A DNA stretch of 64,000 nt, taken from contig MU053652.1 in assembly GCA_013239625.1 (NCBI GenBank), positions 4,081,902-4,145,901 on the forward strand, read 5' to 3'. This DNA comes from Lama guanicoe (Eukaryota). The notes beneath the pieces were generated by a model. That model was not told the DNA's origin, searched no databases, and saw only the letters and a list, made by a program, of their open reading frames with translations. A program made the translations under genes and the position numbers. Shown one piece after another: positions 1-14,199 of the stretch. Numbering within the stretch: the first letter of the stretch is position 1; each line of letters opens with the position of its first letter.

Positions 1-27
1 TATACTTCAATTAAAAAGAAAAAAAAG
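1..27 (+). mobile_element. Tail of a young L1 3' end cut by the window edge
   Basis: tatacttcaattaaaaagaaaaaaa matches the terminus of the L1 at 37379-37568 (ctatacttcaataaaaaaaa). Confidence 0.55.
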
Positions 28-1254
28 ACTAGTGCTGCCTCAAAGTCCCTATCCAATGCTGGTTTTTACTCAGAGATCTGGTTTCAGAAACAGGATGCCA
101 ACACAGTAGTCTTACATACCATCATCTTAAGGGAAGCTGTTTCGTACTTATGTCCCTGCACCGGCTCCCTCCTCTCCACATACTTCAGAAGTTTGGAAAT
201 AAGACAAAAGTAGAAAAAAGGTGACCTAACCTATTTTACCTTCTTAGTTCATTCCTAGAGTATATTATCCAGTAAGAGTACCACAGACTTCAGGCACAAA
301 GGAATTTCAACAAGATATGCCTGCTCTGGTCCCCTTCAAGGACCAGGGACTCTTTACAGTGTTAATTCCCACTGCAGAGGATAATTTCTCTGGAGCTACA
401 GGCTCAGGGCTTTCACTGGTTAAGAGAATGGAGGACAGGAAGGTAACTTCTAGGGGAAGAGGTATTATTTTAAGATGCCAGAAAGGGCAGAATTCAAATG
501 ACTGACCCAGAGATCTACACGAGAGAGAAAGGCAATTGAAAACAGAAGGGGACTGTTGGACCAGGTCAATGCAGAGGTGTCAAAGGATTAGAGATCATAG
601 GGCAGGTCAGATGCAATGAGAACAGAGGTGGAAGTAAAGGAAGTTATGGTCCTAGAGGAGCTATGGAGAGAAGCAATTTGAGTGACAGCAAGATATAGAA
701 AGTTGATGAAATGCAAGAGCGATTTGAGATAAGGATGTCAATTTTGATAAGGCCCTCTGAGGTCAGAGTGTCAATTTCGATAAAGCCTCAGCTCTCAGAA
801 ACCTCCAGTTACTGTCTTCTGTCTGGTCTTCCTGTTAATCCAAAATTCTTAATAAAATGAAATGTTAACACTTGTTGCCTAAATTTCCAATGATACATTC
901 CATCTGTGTTTTAAATGCAACATATCTAAAATCAAAATGATTGCCCCATCTTTCCTTTCCCCACATCCTTCAAACAAGTTTCTTCTCACTTTTCTACCAT
1001 TGTTCCCTCAGTCATCTAGATATAAAAATTCAGTCGTCTTTAATTTCTCCCTTTTCCCTAGCCCCTAGAACAATCAGTTGCCAATTATTTTTGACCCTCT
1101 TACACCAAGCATCTTGTCTATCCTTCCCTCTCTATTTTCACTGCCTCCTAAAAACCCTCTATAAATCCTTTCCAGGATCTTCCACTTCATATCCCTACAT
1201 ACCATGCACCCCCATATAAGATGTATTACCCACTATTTCCTGAATGTGAAGACC

Positions 1255-1440
1255 GTTCAGCAGAGCAGCTAAGGGTACTGGTTTGGGAATTAAAAAGACC
1301 TAGGCTAGAACCCTGGCTGCCACTTAACCTCTCTAACCCTCTAGTTTTCTAATCTGTACAGTGGTAATAATAATAGCCATCTTACAGTACTGATGTAAGG
1401 ATTTAAAAAGTGTGCATACACTAAGCATTTAATAAATGGT
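1255..1440 (+). mobile_element. MIR SINE
   Basis: Core-like ctgccacttaacctctct...gttttctaatctgtacagtggtaataataatagc. Confidence 0.7.
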
Positions 1441-3564
1441 AGCTCGTACTTATATCATTGTTATGCTGTGTCCTTTCCCACCTCAGTGCCTTTGCTTATG
1501 CTGTTTTCTCCAATTAACATGCATTCATTTTGCCTTCATTTCCATCATCTTCACTTATTCATATTCTCTGAGGTTCAGCTCAAATGATAGTTCTGCCATG
1601 GAATCTACCCTAAAAAAAGAACCTCCCTTTCCTCTAACATTGTTCTTTGGTCACATCACTATTTTCACCTTTCCTCATATTACAGTTACTGTGTATGTTA
1701 TCCCTCGTTAGATTCCAGGCTCTTTAGGGGCTTAGCCAGCTCTGATTTGCCTCTAGTGTCCAGCAGATAGTAAGGGCTTAAGAAACTGTCAAATTTTGTC
1801 TACTGTATGTGTACCTCATAATACTCTGGGGTTACTTGTATAACCAATGTGTTTAATATATTTATGCCTATCTTATAGGATGTGAAACATTATTTTATAT
1901 ACACAGATCTTAGTTATACTACTGATAAAAACTATGACTTATTTGTGGTCCTTTTAGGGTTTTAATCCTTAATTATAATATTATGTCTGCATGAATATAT
2001 AATCCATTTTTCATTGCTTGATCTGTATCAATTATAATCCATTAGATTGCATCATAATGAAGGATTTTAGGAACAAATCAAGGCCAAAATACTATTTTAT
2101 GGCTAGAGTGGAACTCAATCTTTAAAAGATGTCAGTGATCAGCAAACTACTAGATTCTTGGTACTCATCAGTTATTGAGTAAATGGAAGATGACTGCCCT
2201 CATGGTAGTGTTAAAACATGGAAGAAAATAACTTTTAAATAAGACAGAAATGAGAATAAAAGAATAAGTACAAGTAAAATATGTCACTTTAGCAGGTTAA
2301 ACTAAATGTCATTTTACTTGTGACATTTTGGTTTTTTTTTTTTTTAGGTAGGTTTTAACTAAAATGGACTTCATTTGAAAACTGCAGCCTTATCATACCT
2401 TTCTGTAATGACTCTGAACAAAAACAAAATAGTAGCTATTACACTTGAGAATGAAGGTCTATTAAGTGAGTAGGACTGTATAAGACACAGGGTATGGGTG
2501 TAAATACTAATTATAAAATTGTTTTCAATCTAATTTCATTCCACCATAATGTGCCTGAGAAGATACGCCTACAGCAAGGGCAGGAGTGAGACCCCTGCAT
2601 ATGATTATCTATAATAATCACCCTTAATATTTAGGGGAGGAGTTTGCAACTTCAGAAGGTTACACAAACTGTATCTGTTCCTGCAGTCTTCAAGCTTCAC
2701 AAAAATTGACCAAATGTATGAATAGCTCAAAAGAATCTTATTTTCACTCCAAGAATCTCATTTTTACTCCAAGAAGTTCTGTGTGCCAGTTGTGTTCCTA
2801 CCAGTGGTGATTTGATAGTAGTATCATTATTGAATTAATGAGGGTAAGCCAGATGACTTGCCAGAGTGAGTATATGCTTGGGGCTGGAGGGAAAAGGTCA
2901 AAAAGTTAGTAATTTCAGGGGTCAAGAAGTTAGTATTTTCAGGGGTCAAAGTCAAAAAGAACCAGGCAGTGGTGAAGAAGTAATGACAATGGTAGAAGAG
3001 TTTTAAACAGGAGGCAATAAATCTGGAGCCTAGAAAGTCATAAGGCACAGGGCAAAGAATACAAGATTGTGACCCCATCCTCTATTCCTGGCTGGTCACT
3101 AGTGGTTTTATTAGACTTTGTCAAGTCCCCTAATTACTCTCTTCTTCAGTTTCCTTATTATGAAATGAGGGGAAGGTGGGTAAGAGTGCACTGTGGAAGG
3201 TGAGAACTGGTTCCTTCCAGTTCTGACATTCAGTTTTTCTAATCCATCTGGTTTCTCTGAGGCCATAAGAAAAAGCAATAACTACTCCTTAGTCACCTGA
3301 GTTACAGCTTATTATAGAGGCTAAGGTTCCTAACCACCTGAGTTCAAAGTTCCATTGGGTCAATTATGAGGCTGGCTGAAATTGCTGGGCTTCAAATCTC
3401 CCTTGCCCAGTCACATTTGAAATGCCCATGATACTAGAGCAACTGGAGTTGTTAAGTCCTCCTCCTACTCCACAACTTAAATACTAGGCATCCTGACTCT
3501 CAGTTCCTTGGTGATCTTAAGACTCACATCCTACTGGTATTTCAGATGCCACACGGAGGCATCA

Positions 3565-4040
3565 TCATTACTGGTAAAGACCACAGACTTTAAAGTTGGG
3601 TAGGCTTGGGTTTAAAGGCTAGCTTCATCACTTACTAACTGTGCATCTTTGGGTAAAATACATAACTTTTTGAGCCTTTGCTTCCTCATCTGTAAAACAA
3701 GGATAATAAAACCTTCCTCACATTGATGCTGTAAAATTTAAACAATACACATAACTACATAGAAAGCACTTAGTATAGTGCCAGGAAGCTATTTTGTCCA
3801 AAACCAGACATAGTAGAGTAGTACCAGACTGGTTTGAATCTTGATTCATCACTTACTAACTGTGTAATCTTAGGCAAATTATGTATCCTCCCTGTGCCTC
3901 AGTTTTCTCATCTGTAAAATAGGGACATTGAGACTCTACCTTATAGGATTGCTGAGAGGGTCAAATAACTAACATATATAAAGTACTTAGAACAGTGCCT
4001 GGGACTTGTCAGTGTTTTTTTAAATTGATTATTATTATAA
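3565..4040 (+). mobile_element. Two adjacent MIR SINEs (~3565-3790 and ~3810-4040)
   Basis: Two cores cacttactaactgtg...tcatctgtaaaa; second ends agtacttagaacagtgcctgg. Confidence 0.8.
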
Positions 4041-4473
4041 TGTAACATGTATATCCACCAACACATCCAAATTCATATTCCCTTATATATGGTGAATTCA
4101 TTCAATCGAATCACAAATACTTACTATCAAGTACCAGACAGCATAGAAAGACAGTCCTTGCTTAAAGTCTAGGAAGAGAGAGAGGCAATTGAATAATTAC
4201 AATAAAAATGTGAAAAACGATAAGCTAAGTACAGGGTGCTATGGGAGTGTCTGGCAAGGGTACTAATCATGTGTGCTGGGAGTGTCACATCAGAGAAGCT
4301 CCATTTAAGCTGAAAGGTAATGGATGAGTAGTGGGTACCTGGTGTGCATTTGGTGAGGAGTAGGAGGGAAAGAATAGAAAGAAGAACACGTACCCTACAT
4401 TATCTCTTACAATATGTCCTACATTCTTCATACCAGCTGTCAAAAGCTTGATCATCATCATTTCCATCTAAAT

Positions 4474-4630
4474 CAGTGCTGCCTAAACTTGAATGTGCCC
4501 ACAAATTACATGGAGATTTTGTTAAAATGCAGATTCTGATTTAGTAAGTCTGGAGTATATCCCAAGAGTTTACATTTTTAACAGCTCTCTGATGATGCCG
4601 ACACTGCTGGGACTACACCTTAACAAGGCC
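4474..4630 (+). mobile_element. MER5A-like hAT-Charlie MITE
   Basis: Typical ttgttaaaatgcagattctgatttagtaagtctgg...cattttaacagctc motif. Confidence 0.7.
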
Positions 4631-4719
4631 TAGATAACTCCATCTCTGTAATAGCCTATTTCCGTTTGTTAAATTACCTTATTTATACATGATTATCATC
4701 AGCACAAATATTTGAAAAT

Positions 4720-5180
4720 CTGATCTGTTCACTTCCTTGTTCAAATGCCTTAGTAACTCCCCACTGTCTTCAAAATAAAATCCCAACTCCTTAGTATGAC
4801 ACACAAGACCCTTCATGACTTAGCCTCTGCATATTTCCTGAGCCTCAGCCCTCGGCTCTGAATTCCCCCACATCCCCACTCTGAACACACACACACACAC
4901 ACACAATGCACACACAAACACACATTTTTCAAAATTTAGTTTAGTTCTAGCTTCCCTCAGTACATATTTCCAGTTCCTGGTCTAGGTTAAGAATCAATTC
5001 TACGAGTTACTGAGTAATCGCCCAGACTGATCTCTGTCATAGTATGTATCAGTGTTGATACTATAATCAATCAGTTATCTCTTTCTACACTAGAACTGCA
5101 AGCAATCTGAGGGAAGAGATTAGGTGTCTCATTCCTATGTTCCAAGCACGTAGCAAACAACTAATGAATATGTGCTGAAT
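4720..5180 (+). mobile_element. L2 LINE 3' fragment with internal (CA)n
   Basis: aaaataaaatcccaactccttagtatgacacacaagacccttcatga; ends atgaatatgtgctgaatg. Confidence 0.65.
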
Positions 5181-5519
5181 GGGGGAAAAAAAAAGCCATA
5201 ATCAAAGAATAGTTCTACATATTTATCAAAATTCATCAAATTGTACAACTGAAATACGTGTAGTTTATCGTACAGGAACCACACCACAATAAAGGTGTTA
5301 AAAAAAAAACCCCAAACAACTCCCTAACCCCCCCCAAATTTAAAAAAAAAACATTAAAACAGATCATAGGAATTATCCAAAATAAACACACATAGGAAAT
5401 AAAGAGTTGGGGAGTGGGGAGGAAGGAATAGTTCACTCAGAGTAAAGCCTAAAATGAATAAAATACATAACAGTCACCTGAAGAGTAAAAGCTATACACC
5501 CGCCTCCAGGACATTTTTT

Positions 5520-7425
5520 TTATGGCCTTTATTTTGTTAAGACACATTTCCTCAATACCCACTTTGTTGAGAGTTTTTATTATGAATGGATGTTGAACTT
5601 GCCAGATGCTTTTTCTGTATCTATTGAGATAATTACATAATATTTATCCTTCATTTTGTTAATATGGTTATCACATTGATCAATTTGTGGATATTGAATC
5701 ATCCTTTCATCTCTAGAATAAATTCCATTTGATCATGGTGTATGATCCTTTTAATGTACTGTTAAATTTGCTAATATTTTGTTGAGGATTTTTGCATCTA
5801 TGTTGATCAGAAATACTAGCCTATAACATTTTTTTGTGGTGAAATATACATAAGATTTACCATTTTAACCATTTTAAAGTGTACAATTCAGTGGCAATAA
5901 GTATATTCACATTGTTGTGCAACCCTAACCACCATCTATCCCCAGGACTTTTTCATTACCCCAAACTGAAACTCAGTACTCATTAAACAATGACTCCTCA
6001 TTCCCCATCTCCCCCAGCCCCTGGTAACCACTATTCTACTTTCCGTCTCATTGAATTTGGCTAGATACCTCATATAAGTGGAATCATACAATATTTGTTC
6101 TTTTGTGTCTGGCTTATTTCACTTAGTATAAAGCTCCATCCAGATTATAGTATGTATCAGAATTTCATTCCTTTTTAGGGCTGAATAATTTTCCATTGTA
6201 CACACATAACACATTTTGTTTATCTATTATCCATCCGTCAATGGACACTGGGGTTATTTCTACCTTTTAGCTATTGTGAATGCTGTTATGAATATAAGTG
6301 TACAAGTATCTGTTCAAGGCCCTACTTTCAATTCTTTTGGGCATATACTCAAAAGTGGGATTGCTGGGTCATCTGGTAATTTTTGTTTAATTTTTTGAGT
6401 AACCACCATACTATTTTCTACAGAAACAGCACCATTTACATTCTCATCAGCAATGCACAAGGATTCCAACTTGGAGAAACTGGAACCCTTTTGCACTGCC
6501 AAACACTTTTATGCTTATTGGCCATTTGAATATCCTCTTATGTGAAGTGGCCCTTCAAGTATTTTGCCAATTTTTCTCTCGGGTTGTCAGTCTTTCCCTT
6601 ATTGATCTGTTTAAGTAATTTATATATTCTGGTTATGAGTCCTTCACAAATATCTCCCATTCTGTGGCTTGCTTTCCCACATTTACTGTTGTCTTTTAAA
6701 AATTTTTTTATTTTGAAATAATTTTAGACTTAGAAAAAATTTGTAAAAATAGTGATGAAGTTCCCATATACACTTCAACCAAGTTGTTCTAATGTCAATA
6801 TCTTGCAAAACCAGGGTAATGATCAAAACTAATAAATTAACATTGGTATAATACTACTAACTAAGTTACAGACTTTATTTGGATTTCAAAAGTATCTCCA
6901 CTAGCATTCTTTTTTAGTTCTGGGGTCCAATCCAGGATCCCACATTGCATTTGGTTGTCATGTCTCCTTCGTCTCCTCTACTACTAACTAAGTTACAGAC
7001 TTTATTTGGATTTCAAAAGTTTCTCCACTAGCATTCTTTTTTAGTTCTGGGGTCCAATCCAGGATCCCACATTGCATTTGGTTGTCACGTCTCCTTGGTC
7101 TTCTCTACTCCATGACAGTTTCTTAGTCTTTCCTTTCCTTTCATCACCCTGACAACAGTAGTTGACTGAATCCTGAAATAAACTATGCACTAACTGGATT
7201 GGGAACAGAACAAAACAAAAACCTTTATATTATCTGTTTATCTTTTTTGATCAAATTTTAGTCCCTTCCCCCAGTTTTATTGAGATATAATAGACATATA
7301 ACATTGTATTAGTATAAGGTATACAACATGATTTTGATATATGTATATATTCCAAAATGACTGCTATCATAAGTCTAGATAACATCCATCACCCCACATA
7401 GTTACAAATATTTTTCTTGTGATGT
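5520..7425 (-). mobile_element. Nested old L1 fragments (L1M/L1MB/L1MC/L1MA-like)
   Basis: Antisense L1 motifs: gaatggatgttgaac, aagtgtacaattcagtggc, ataagtggaatcatacaatatttg, ttttattgagatataatagacatataac. Confidence 0.8.
6852..7105. repeat. 127-bp tandem duplication (6852-6978, 6979-7105)
   Basis: Two direct copies starting tactactaactaagttacagac; 4 mismatches by manual alignment. Confidence 0.95.
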
Positions 7426-7844
7426 TATCTACTCATCTCTTTTGATTAATTTTAGTACAATGGAGATATCAATTTTACACATTAATAAAGACAATATTAA
7501 AAAATAATAATACTTTTAAAGATCAGCTAATTCAATGTCCTTATTTTAAGGATAAAGAAGTGAAGACCTAGAGAAATTACTTACCCAAAGTCTTACAGTA
7601 CTTCCTTTCCCCACTGATTTTATTTGGAAGGTGATACCTATTGTTTGTGACTTTTAATATATTTTGGGGGTGCTTTATGTGCCTCAAGTGTTCAGAGACC
7701 CTCTCTTACTAACATGAACTAAGTGTCTCTATTTCCATTAAGAGATCCACAGGGCCTAAACAGCTCCTCAATTGCTGGTCTGTTTTCTAATTTTTCTGGA
7801 ATGAATGTACTGCCCTTAAAAAATAGAAATTAAAAAAAAAAATA

Positions 7845-8316
7845 CATGGTAGACAGAATAGTGGCCCCCACCCTCCCACACACACACCAAGATGTCCATG
7901 TTCTAATCTTTAAAGCCTGTGAATACATAGCATGGGTAAGGCTGCAGATGGAATTAAAGTTGCTAGTTGGTTGACCTTGAGAGAGGGAGATTATCCTGAA
8001 TTATCCAAGTGGGCCCAATATAATCAAAAGGTTTCTCATACTTGAAGAGGGAGGCAGAGAATGAGAGCCAGAGACAGATTTGAAGATGCTACACTACTGG
8101 CTCTGAGGATGCAGGAAGGGGCCACAAGCCAAGGAATTCTGACAGCTCACAGAAGATGGAAAATGCAAGGAAATGGATTCTCCTCTAGAGCCTCCAGAAG
8201 GAATACAGCCCTGATGACATCTTATTTTAGTTCACTGAGACCCGTTTTGGACGTTTGATCTCCAGAACTATAATTAAACACATTTATATTATTACAAGCC
8301 ACAGAAAATTAATACA
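7845..8316 (+). mobile_element. MaLR solo LTR (MLT1D/E-like)
   Basis: tggtagacagaatagtggcccc, gagattatcctgaattatccaagtgggccc, ggattctcctctagagcctccagaagg, ends aataca. Confidence 0.8.
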
Positions 8317-8519
8317 TGAGGGTCCTAAAATTTTAAGGGGAGGGGAGGAGATTGTTTGGTCTTAAATATCTCATTTTCAGCTAACTACTCATGCATGCAT
8401 AGTTTGTAACATTTTCATAAATGAAAAAATTCTGCACATTACCATGACTAACATTTTTTAAAGTGCTTTGGAATAAGAGTCCATTCTTACTGAATCCTTA
8501 TTTTGTATAAAAACACTGT

Positions 8520-9767
8520 TAATGAGAGAGAATGTTAAGATGTGACTGGAGAGATAGGCAGAACTGCCTGATCATGTAGGGTTTACAGGCTACAGAAAAG
8601 TTTTAATTTTATTCTAAGAATAATGAAAAGTTACTGAAAATTTATGTTTTTACAAGATCATCATGGCTGTTTAAAAAGAAAAAAAAGAACATGAATGGAA
8701 ATGAGAAGAACAGTTAGGTCATTAAACATATGAGCGAAATAAAATCAAGCCCATTAAAAAAGGTAAAAAAATAAAAATAAAACACATGAGTGATGATGAT
8801 AGCTTGAATGAGGATGATGGTAGCACATGGATTTAAGACATACATGTTGGTGGTTGACTCTACTGGACTTGATAGCAAACTGAATATGAAGGGTGAGGAG
8901 GATGTCAAGAATGAGCATTAGGTTTCTGGCTCCAGCAACTGATTAAATAGGAATGCAATTGATTCAAATGTGTAAGAATAAAGGGAAAATAGATGTGGGA
9001 AGAATATCAGGACTTCAATTTTGGTCATGTTCAGTTTGAGATGTCTATGAGATATCCAAGTGGAATTGAAACAGCAACTGAATACCGAGTTTGGAGCTCA
9101 GAGGAAAGTCTAGACTAAAAACATAAAATTGAGAGTTACCGATCTCATGCATTTCTATAATTTAAATCCCATGTATATGCAGATATACAAAACCATGGAA
9201 ATGGATAAAAATTGCCTAGAGAGAAGAAAAAAAACAAACAGGATTCAAGTCTGAGCCCTGATCCACAATCCACCATACAGGGTAGAAGAAAAAGAAAAGC
9301 CAGCAACTGAAATCTAAGAAGCAGCCATCAGAAAATAAAGAGGAAAATCCAAAGAGAACAGTGTCACTGAAATCAAGAAAAGAGATTATTTCAAGAAGTA
9401 AAAAGTGGTCGGCTATTCCAAAGACTGCTCAGTTGTTTAATAAGATGACAGCTGAAAACAGTTTTTAGGATGTGGCAACATGGAAGTTTTGGTGACTTGA
9501 GGGAGAAATGGGGGTGAAAGCAGGATTAGGCAAAACTGAAGAATGACTGCAAGGTTAAGTAGGAGTGACAGTTTGAAGAGACAAGTCTTTTGAAAAACTG
9601 GGTTATGAAGGAGAGCAGAGAGGTATGGAAATAACTAAAGAGGGATTACGAGTCAAAGGAAATTGCATGTATGTATGTGTGTGTGTGTGTGCGCTTTTGT
9701 TCACAAGATAGTTACTAGAGTTTGACTGAACTCTGAAAGAAGTGATCCAATGAGGGGGAAGATGAAA

Positions 9768-9770
<3 letters not shown>
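8520..9770 (-). mobile_element. L2 LINE fragment
   Basis: ttttggtcatgttcagtttgagatgtctatgagatatccaagtgg and flanking purine-rich L2 antisense sequence. Confidence 0.7.

Positions 9771-9815
<45 letters not shown>
9769..9815. repeat. (TG)n microsatellite
   Basis: Perfect TG run of more than 20 units. Confidence 0.98.
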
Positions 9816-9816
<1 letters not shown>

Positions 9817-9871
9817 TGCGCGCATGCGCACAGGCGCTTAAAAGTATAAATAAAGGAAGGAGAGAAGTAAA

Positions 9872-10064
9872 TAGGGTTGCCAGATAAAATTCACGACATC
9901 CAGATATATCTGAATTTCAGATAAACAAAAAACAATTTTTCAGCATAAGTGGGTCCCAAATATTGCACGGGACATGATTATACTAAAAAACTATTCATGG
10001 TTATCTGAATTTTAAATTTAACTGTGCATTGCATTGTTGTTTTTGCCAAATTTTAACAACCTTA
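9872..10064 (+). mobile_element. MER53-like hAT MITE
   Basis: Terminal tagggttgccagat with degenerate inverted end aacaacctta; internal inverted tgaatttcagataa / ttatctgaattttaa. Confidence 0.7.
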
Positions 10065-10638
10065 GGGGTATATCAAGAAGAAAAGTCTCTGAGAAGATAA
10101 AAGAGAATGGGATCCAGGGCACAAGTGGAGAAGCTATTCCCGGTTAGGATTAGGAATATGTCTTCCTCTGTTATAGAAAGAAAAAAGAAGGAATAGATGT
10201 AGCAGATTTACAGATGATGGTAATAAGATGAGGGAATTCACATCTAAGAGGTTCCCCCCACCAATAATGAGTTATAACATAACATCCATTAGGGGTAGGT
10301 GGGGAGGAAGGGCTATAGGAGAGTTGAGAAGCATTAATTGGTTTATAGTAATTTAAAAACAGACAACCAGCAACCACTGAAAGTTTCTAAATAGGGCAGT
10401 AGTATCTCTGCAGAGTGACATGATAAAAATATGCAACAGGAAGATGCAGTCAAGGAAGAATGTGGCTAAAGGAAATGAGAGCAACTTTAAGATCAGTCTT
10501 AAAGATGGTCAAAGTCTGAATTTCCAGATTATGACAATAAGAATGAAAAAGAAAGGACGAATTTGAGAAATTACCTAAAGGAAGAAAAAGCAAGATCTAG
10601 ACAAAGATCTGGATGCAGAGCTGAAGGTGAGAATGTTC

Positions 10639-10672
10639 CTATAATATATATATATATTATATATATATATAT
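10639..10672. repeat. (TA)n microsatellite
   Basis: Imperfect TA run. Confidence 0.9.
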
Positions 10673-11112
10673 GAAGCCATTTTTAACATAGTACATTCAA
10701 ATTCCATGCATTCAGCATCTTTCACCATTACTGCTTTTGTGATAATAATCCCTATGATTATTTCTCTCTACCTGACACTTTTCTGCCAAAAATTTCTCTC
10801 TGCTTTTCAAAATTCTTTGCCTTTTCACCTTTCCCTATGAAAGTCAAATAGGAAATATTCTAATGAGTTCCAAAGCAAATCAATCAAGCATAACTATGAT
10901 TAGGAAGCAGATCTTTTTACATCCAAGGTCAGGATATAATATATTTAAGAGATTCCTAATAGGAAGCAAAAATTATCCTAGAATCTGAACATTAGAGAAA
11001 AACTACTAAGTGGATTGCCCCCCACCGTCCTCCATGTAATAGATAAATCACTGTCTAGCAGCCAAGTTTTGAAAACTGTGTTGATGCCTGAGCTAATGTC
11101 AGTAAGATACTT

Positions 11113-11247
11113 ATTTTTTTTTTAATTTTTGGGAGGAGGAGATAATTAGGTTTATTTATTTATTTTTTAATGGAGGTACTGCGGATTGAACCCAGGACCT
11201 CATGCATTCTAAGCATGTGCTCTATCAGTGAGCTATAATCCTCCCCT
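11113..11247 (-). mobile_element. tRNA-derived SINE (camelid Vic-1-like)
   Basis: Minus strand: ggggaggattatagctcactgatagag...gggttcaatcc (A/B boxes), aaataaataaacctaattatctcc, A-tail; TSD gtaagatactt at 11102-11112 and 11248-11258. Confidence 0.85.
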
Positions 11248-11290
11248 GTAAGATACTTTGAAGTCTTTGAAGGAAAAAATACATAAAATA

Positions 11291-11656
11291 CAGTAGATTC
11301 TTACTATTCATGGTAGTTATATTCTAATAAAGTCACCACAAACACTAAATTAGCCAATAACTGAAGCACTGCTCCTGGTCACATTTTGTCAAATGACCAA
11401 CAGATAACCTTGTTTTATGTATGCTTCTGTTTAAAGACATCTTATTTAATGTATATTGTAGATTTGTTAACATTGAACTCACAGCCAACAGCATCATAAC
11501 TCACAACTGAATGAAGCTTATCTCACACACATTTTCTCTATAAAGCACATCACAGCCTTTTTTTGTGCTTAGAAACACTAGACAGCACTTCAGCACTGCA
11601 TTTAGGAGACATTTTAAACAGTGAAATCATCAAGAAAAAGCACAAAAATGCAAAAA

Positions 11657-11721
<65 letters not shown>

Positions 11722-12000
11722 GGAAAAGAAAAGAAAAGAAAAGAAAAAAAAGTGGCAGTAAATAGACCATGTAAAGAACACCTGGATGAGAGTATGAGAG
11801 TTTTAAACAAGAAAGCAGAGCATTGCCTTGTTTGACCTCAACTGAAAACATACATGTTAGGTGACTCAAAAGTTTTGCCACTCTGAGCTGTCCACAGATG
11901 ACCACTGAAAGGGCCACAAGTATTGATTCCGAGATTAAAATAAATGTTAGCAAGTACTCAAATTTGCAAATGCAGAATCTGGAATAATGGGGATTGACTG
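11291..12000 (+). mobile_element. Tc1/mariner Tigger-type fossil (MER82-like)
   Basis: Terminal inverted repeats cagtagattcttactattc / gaataatggggattgactg; TA on the left flank. Confidence 0.7.
11659..11751. repeat. (GAAA)n/(GAAAA)n microsatellite
   Basis: Pure purine tetranucleotide run grading into a pentanucleotide run. Confidence 0.98.
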
Positions 12001-12165
12001 TGCTTGTTGATTTCTCTTGCTCCAAGTGATTCCAAAGCACATTTGCTCCAATTTTAAAGCTTACAGCTAACTCTTGCCTACACTTGTTGTAAATGCCTCC
12101 TTAAGTTCATAAATCAACCGAATTTTGCTTCTAAGTGCAGTTCTCTACAAGATAAGGATGCTCTA

Positions 12166-13211
<1,046 letters not shown>

Positions 13212-13737
13212 GATAAGGATGCTCTAGCCAAAATCTTCTGCCCAGTCTAACAGTGACTGAGAAAGTGGAAGAGACTTCAATCTTCTTAAAGCAATGCTGT
13301 CATTGTAGTGCTAACAGGAGTCTACACCTGGTTGCAAGAGGTCTTACACAATAAAGACTCATAAGGGTCTGTATTCAGACATGCAAGACTATCACTGCCA
13401 AACACTCTTGCCTATGCTTGTGCTGCTCTGCTGCTGAAAGCCACCCAGGCACACAGATAGGTCAATACTACCTAGTAATTGTGCCATGCTTCCCTACTCA
13501 GCTCCCCTTTCCCATCTCCATACTGGCTGTCAAATGTTCTCTACTCTTGGCTCAAATGCCCAACTATAATATCTATAGTCTCAGTACATATATTCCTATT
13601 TCAGAAAAAACTAAAACCATTAGATGGAAAATTTTTTCAACTTCTTGATACCAGGGCCTACAACCTCACCCACAGCTATCATCTGTTGCCTTTTACCTAC
13701 ACTTTCCATTTTAATGGAAGAGAATTCCATTCCTTGA

Positions 13738-14125
13738 GGCAATGGACTAAACTGTAGTCCTCAAAATTCATATGTTGAAGCCGTAACTCCCAATGTGACT
13801 GTATTTGTAAATAGGGCCTTTAGAGAAGTAATTAAGGTTAAATGAGGTCATTAAGGGTGGGTTTCTAATCTCGTGGGATTATTGCCTTTATATGAAGAGG
13901 AAGAGACACCACAGACCACTCTCTATCTACAGTGCACAGGGAAAATGTAATGTGAGGACACAGGGAGAAGGCAGCCATCTATAAACCAGAAACCTCATCA
14001 GAAACCAACCCTGATAGCCCCCTTGATCTTGGTCTCCCAGGTTTCAGAACATGAGAAAATAAATTTGTGTTGTTTAAGCCACCTAGTCTGTTTTATTTTG
14101 TTACAGAGCCTGAGCAGACTAACAT
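13738..14125 (+). mobile_element. MaLR solo LTR (MLT1A-like)
   Basis: aaaattcatatgttgaagcc...gtaattaaggttaaatgaggtc...aataaatttgtgttgtttaagccacc. Confidence 0.85.
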
Positions 14126-14199
14126 ACCATCTAAATCTAATCCCGCCAGCCAATGGTCTGGATCAGATTCTCTCATCTTCTCAGGGACTGTTCTCTATC

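Noticed and set aside
6852..7105. Direct repeats considered as a CRISPR-like array
   Set aside because: Two contiguous copies with no spacers in mammalian DNA; no prokaryotic features in the window.
11550..12040. Three overlapping ORFs (86-136 aa), K/E/R-rich or F/L/S-rich
   Set aside because: Produced by the stop-free (GAAA)n microsatellite inside a DNA transposon fossil.
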